Source: Piptocephalis cylindrospora (taxonomy: Eukaryota). From it: DNA of 36,875 bases. The stretch is from positions 1 through 36,875 of the forward strand of contig KZ987735.1 of assembly GCA_003614145.1 (NCBI GenBank), written 5' to 3'. The notes under the pieces were generated by a model. The model was not told the origin of the DNA, ran no database searches, and was given only the letters and a program-made list of their open reading frames with translations. Each line of letters opens with the position of its first letter. The stretch's first letter is position 1. A program made the translations under genes and the position numbers. This document shows, one piece after another, positions 32,221-36,875 of the stretch.

Positions 32221-32878
32221 CTTGCCTTCTCATTCTCGCACCCACTGTGGTCTTCTAGGTCTGCTAGTCCTTTAGTGTGTATACGAGCGCTTACTTGTCT
32301 AGGCCTTCCATGCCATCCCCTGACTTGTGTGTCTCCCATACCCTCACTCCATCTTCTTCCCGTATCCAGCCGCGGTTCGTGCGCACTCGAACTGTATGTT
32401 GGGGGAAGAGGGAATGGGTTTGGGCTTTGGGGGGGTACGTACAAGGGTAGGGTCGAGGGCGTGGATCAGAGGCCCTGTCAAAGAGCGCGTGTGTATGCAC
32501 TGTAGGGGACGGGTGGTGCCTGGAATACCTACGCAGAGGTGTGTGGGAAAGAGGGTCAAGTTTGAGTCCTGACAGGTGCTCCTGATACCTTAAGAGTGGA
32601 GAAGGATGGTCACTGGAAGCTGAAGGATGAGGCATGCATGTCTGCCCCCTGTACGCACAGTTTCCCCTTTCGGGGGGAGAAAGTGTGTGTAGATGGCGGA
32701 TGTGTATGTCCCCACCAAGACCAGGGTCCTAAATTATCTGTGGAGAGCAAACACCACCCTCTCTTTTTGTCAGAACGACTGTGTCCCTTTACTTCCAAGA
32801 CCAGACGCTTTGGTAGAGATTGACATTGTCTTGCATTATGCTTAATAGTATATTACTACAACTAGGAATTTCCACTAT

Positions 32879-33045
32879 GGAGAGAGAGAGAGAGAGAGGA
32901 AGAGGCGGGCGAGGGGGGAGGAAACACACTTATCTCCCGCTTGAAGCCATGCAAACTGGGAGAGCAGGGGGGAAGGGGACGCGCGGACGAATAAAGGTCC
33001 ACCCTGGACCGTTTGGTGACGGGGTGATTTTTTTGGGGGGAGAGG
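32879..33045 (+). repeat. Copy 2 of the duplication of 25046-25200, progressively degraded
   Basis: 91 bp identical to copy 1, then substitutions that mostly extend neighbouring homopolymers, ending before a C23 tract (33078-33100). Confidence 0.9.
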
Positions 33046-33113
33046 GAAATAAAAAAAAAGTGGGGATTTAAAATAAACCCCCCCCCCCCCCCCCCCCCCC
33101 ATAACCGTTACAG

Positions 33114-33249
33114 ACGATCCAAGCCCATGTTCCTGAGCGAAAAACTGTACGGGGAACTTCAGGAGACGTGGCTGCACCAGCGGATCCCACAGCTGATTGC
33201 TCGAAAGATTGAGCAGGACTATGATATTGGAGGCTGGACTACCTTTTAA
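33114..33249 (+). other. UBR1: Isolated terminal exon of a UBR1-type N-end-rule E3 ubiquitin ligase
   Basis: After the poly-C and a TTACAG acceptor: RSKPMFLSEKLYGELQETWLHQRIPQLIARKIEQDYDIGGWTTF*. This fits the recalled fungal Ubr1 C-terminus pattern (RR..P..L....Y......WL.H.IP..IARK.E.....GGW.T.*). No upstream Ubr1 exons seen in the window. Confidence 0.8.
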
Positions 33250-34439
33250 GGATGGTTAGGTGGGACCGGGAAGGAAGGGAGGAAGAGGTAGGCTCAAATA
33301 CGATAAAGCTCGTATGTTCAGATTGTTTTTGTATTGCTTATTTGATGAGGGGCGGGGGAAGCTTGCTTGTGATTACACAAACATCCGTCCCATGATAGTA
33401 GATCCCGTGTCCCTACAGGGGAGATAAAGATGGATGCAATAGTAGTAAAAACATTATATTTTCCCCAGGTTGTGGGGTAGACTGATGAATACCCGAATAC
33501 AGCACCTACCCTTAAGCCGGCCTGCATGGTACTAGGGACCAAGGTGGGTGACTAAATGGATCATTCACAGCCGCTGATTAAAGGGGGTAGGATACTCGTA
33601 TCGGAAAGGAGTAGAGTCCACCTGGACAATAGACATTCGACCGATCACTTATTACTAATGACATGGAGAGTCGCTGCAGTCAGTCACCATTGTTATAACC
33701 GGTAGAGTATATTTAATCTCCCGTGTATGTGTGGATATAAACTATAAGCCATAGAGGTAGATAGAACAACCTCATTTTTTGGGGCCTCTTATGAGGGAAA
33801 AGTACATTATTCCTATGTCCTATGTTCTTTAGCCATGAACAGGTCAATACTCGCTTGCCCATAAAAGTCCTATGAGCTGACTGAACTTGATCAGATGAAA
33901 CTCAGTGCATAGAAATACTCCGATTAAATGAATCTGAAGCTGGCCACGCTTTAAACTCCGCAACTCCGCTGCAGCTCCAGTAGGCAACGGTAGGTAGGCG
34001 GATTCGACTGGAAGGCTGCTGAGACGGATTCGACCTTTTCCCATCAGCATTAGTGAAGGGGTGTTACTAGGGTGCTTATCCTTGCACCATCCTGACGGCC
34101 CAATTGAGCCGATGGAGATTGTATTTAGGCCCTCGCATATACTGGGGCAGACGAGTGAAGAACGAAGAGATTGTCTCCAGACGACCAGTAGAGCCAATAC
34201 CTGGCTGAAAAAAGGGGGCATGAGGTCACTCGGATTGATTTTCCTGAGGCAAAGTCGCCTTTCCTCCTCATTAGGATACATTATAAGAGGGTGATGCCCT
34301 TTTACCGTAAACCCTCCCCCCTTTCTTCTCCAATATCCCGACCCTCTATTTTCTCTTTAGCACCTACGCTTGCTGCTCAATCTACGACTCCTTTACGCAC
34401 TACCCCAATATCTCACCCCACTCTAAGGTCTACTTTTTG

Positions 34440-35457
34440 ATGAAAATACTCACCCTCCTCGCTTCTGTGTCCATCCTGGTTCCTGGGATGGTGAATTCTC
34501 CAGCGTACGCAGCACCAATGGGGTTACTTAATAAAGTTATTACAGCAGTCGCACCATCTGGTTACCGCGAGGACTATCTCCTCGGTCCCATGCAGAAATG
34601 CCCAGAAGGTTGCGAGGTAAGGCCGCCCTCGCTTATCGTGAAATCCTCCTGGTGTCGGTCGAGCGATCCCAGTGAGAACAGGGATTGCACACCGATCCGC
34701 GATAAGGATGCCGAGGAAGAATATTTTAAGAAAACGAATTTCCGTCCGGTATACAGGAAGGGTCGGCTTGAAGGGGTTATGGACGGAGATGCCTCGATTT
34801 TCGGGCTTTCTCCTCACTCTACCAAATCTTCCAGGTCTGCTGAGCTAACCACATCCAGTCATGCGGCCACTGCAGCGACCAATAGTAAGAGTGCTACAAC
34901 GGCAAAGAGCAGAGCCACTACATCAACCAACCTCAAGAGTTCCACTAGTCTATCAGGGACCTCAGGGTCTCATTCCGTCTCGGGTAACTACTATGCTACG
35001 CTTAACGTCAAATCAAAAGGCCCCGTCACCGCGAAACTCACTATGGGCAGAAACCCCAAGAAGAAGGAGGTGAGTCTATCGTCTAGCCAATTTAAAAAAG
35101 TAAGCTTTCCACTATTGCCATTAATCCTGAAGTCCTCCATCCTGCAAATCTTTGATCACACACAAGGTGAAATTTAAGACATCCAAATCCATCTCAAGCC
35201 GCAAGAGGCAATCTGCTGCTTCCCCCAACAGCTCTGCTACTACTTCCCTCGGGAGCTCTATTGCTACCTCTAGCAACTCCAACTCACCCCTCAGGAGCTC
35301 CACCACACTCCCCAATAGGGCTACTACTATCTCTAGCAACTCCAACTCACCCCTCAGGAGCTCCACCACTGCTCATAAGACCGCTAAAGCCCGTTCCTCA
35401 AGGTCCACCAATCTTACATTCAGTAGCCGTGGCCCAGTATCCAGCTCGCACCTTTAA
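34440..35457 (+). CDS. Orphan secreted protein with a 4-Cys N-terminal region and Ser/Thr-rich tail, ~306-316 aa
   Basis: Signal peptide MKILTLLASVSILVPGMVNSPAYA; 4 Cys in CPEGC..WC..DC. Probable intron from donor 35070 (GTGAGT) or 35100 (GTAAGC), both phase 0, to acceptor 35166, joining the S/T-rich ORF that ends at 35457. Unspliced, the frame stops at 35177. Confidence 0.65.
35268..35369. repeat. 63-bp-period tandem duplication with a 39-bp identical core
   Basis: ctctagcaactccaactcacccctcaggagctccaccac at 35268 and 35331; encodes SSNSNSPLRSST twice. Confidence 0.9.
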
Positions 35458-35674
35458 TCATCCCCACCGCTAGGTAATATCTATTCTTGGGGGGCACAGG
35501 GGCTGGCAAAGATGTTGGCTAACTTACTTTTTCTTCTAACAAACAATATAACGATATAGTGATTACAACTCAGCAGCCATCTGTGCCTCTTCTTTTAAAT
35601 GATGAAAGAGTGATGGGTAAGGGGATCTGACATCGATACCACATAATCGATCATCTGGCCGTGATCTTCGTCTT

Positions 35675-36439
35675 TCAATTCGAGGGCTTATGCAAGATCT
35701 TCATGGAAGATGCACGAAAAATGACCTCTAACGACCCAGCGATAAATGAATAGTTATTTTTTTCAGCATATTCTTGAAAAGGCCAATTGAACCGGGAAGG
35801 CTCATTGCCCGCGCTTATCGCCCCATTGAAAGCATTCATCAGCCTTTGATATTGAATCAAAAGGGGGTTCATATCCCACAGATTATCGATGGCTTTGCCC
35901 GTCTGAAAAAAAAAAACAAACAAGACGCCAATCTTCTAGATAGGCCCTGTGCTTGGACACTCCTTAGCCTATCGCACTTGGAGAAATAGAGTGACGTATC
36001 ATCGTCAAAAGGGGTCGATAAGTCCCTACCCGTTGAATTGCTATACTACTAGATGTCATGGGGTACGGTAGAACAGGGCCAAATGAACCTGGTGTTGTGA
36101 GGACTCTCTGAACATTGAAATTTCTGATTACCACGCCCTTAGATCAATGTGTAAGGAATGGAGCGCAAACATTGAGCGGCTCAAGTTCGGCTTATTTTAT
36201 CAGAAAATATAGACTTGACCAATAGACACAAAGCGATGGTGACTGAACATGCGATTCATATTGCCGTGAGGACCATTCGAAAAGTTCAATACAATGTTGG
36301 TCCACCAGGACCCAAGGTCTTCAATTGTATATAATAAATGTAGGTCGTCATTACAGCGACATAGACGTATGGGATATGTAGGGCCTTCTTCCTGTTGCTC
36401 CATCCCCATTGTTCTTTCCTGTATTAGTATGCACGACAT
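35675..36439 (-). CDS. Possible multi-exon orphan gene (may connect to an open frame entering from the right edge)
   Basis: Segments 36137-36030 and 35902-35675 join in frame across a 36029-35903 intron (GTAGGG...T-tract CAG). The upstream ORF 36439-36200 joins only through weak splice sites. No domain recognised. Confidence 0.3.
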
Positions 36440-36875
36440 CCCCCTCCCCCAAAGTATAGCTTGAGCTTGCTATCTATAATCATTCACTGGGTCATAGGGA
36501 GCAACCTGGGCGGATAGGAGGGGGATTGACAATGCATCAAGGGCCTAAAGTGAGATGGTGGCCGTCTGTAATGATCCACAGCTCATACCTCCCCTCACCT
36601 CCGCCTTACCCCGCCTCATCCTCGCACCCCCTCCTTGCCCCACCCAACCAGACTCGCTCTTGTGTGTGGGTCTCGGGCTTGGATGTGGAGTCTGAATTCG
36701 ATCCACCTCCGCCCTGCTGCCCTCCCACCCGCATTACACACACTCCTCCCTTCCTCAGCCTGTGGGATCCACGCAGCGGGGAACCTGCCTTGAGGATCTG
36801 GGAAGGTGAGGAGCTCAGCCTGGTGCTTGAACCGTCCTTTCCTCTTTCTCTCACACCTTCCCTCCTCCCCCCCCC

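Noticed and set aside
32208..32830. Short minus-strand ORFs (e.g. 32291-32635) with possible splice signals
   Set aside because: No coherent model or recognisable domain; not Ubr1-related.
33844..34281. 145-aa minus-strand ORF
   Set aside because: No recognisable motif; lies in the presumed promoter region of the secreted gene.

Overview
Eukaryotic, gene-dense fungal DNA with short GT-AG introns (about 58-102 nt) and many microsatellites. The gene set (WNK kinase, Rab18, DiT/CitT-type DASS transporter) suggests an early-diverging fungus; Zoopagomycota is possible but is inference. Genes from left to right: intronless WNK kinase (-, runs off the left edge and is missing from the ORF track), Abp1/drebrin-like (+), orphan secreted protein (-), DASS transporter (+), PMP47/SLC25A17 carrier (-), cystinosin/Ers1 (-), mitochondrial bL19 (+), MSP-domain protein (-), Pmt4 (-), Rab18 (+), KpsF/GutQ-type sugar-phosphate isomerase (-), Tti2 (+), an isolated last exon of UBR1 (+), and a secreted Cys + Ser/Thr-rich orphan (+). 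Most notable: (1) the UBR1 exon follows a progressively degraded copy of 25046-25200 and a C23 tract, most likely a mis-closed assembly gap; (2) a bacterial-type arabinose-5-phosphate isomerase with catalytic motifs intact; (3) a WNK with the animal-type autoinhibitory domain and HQ coiled coil; (4) a DASS transporter with a 4-Cys insertion; (5) a helically phased triple 12-mer upstream of bL19; (6) secreted orphans in AT-richer islands. No CRISPR array, tRNA, rRNA or transposase was recognised, and I found no clear new multi-gene system.
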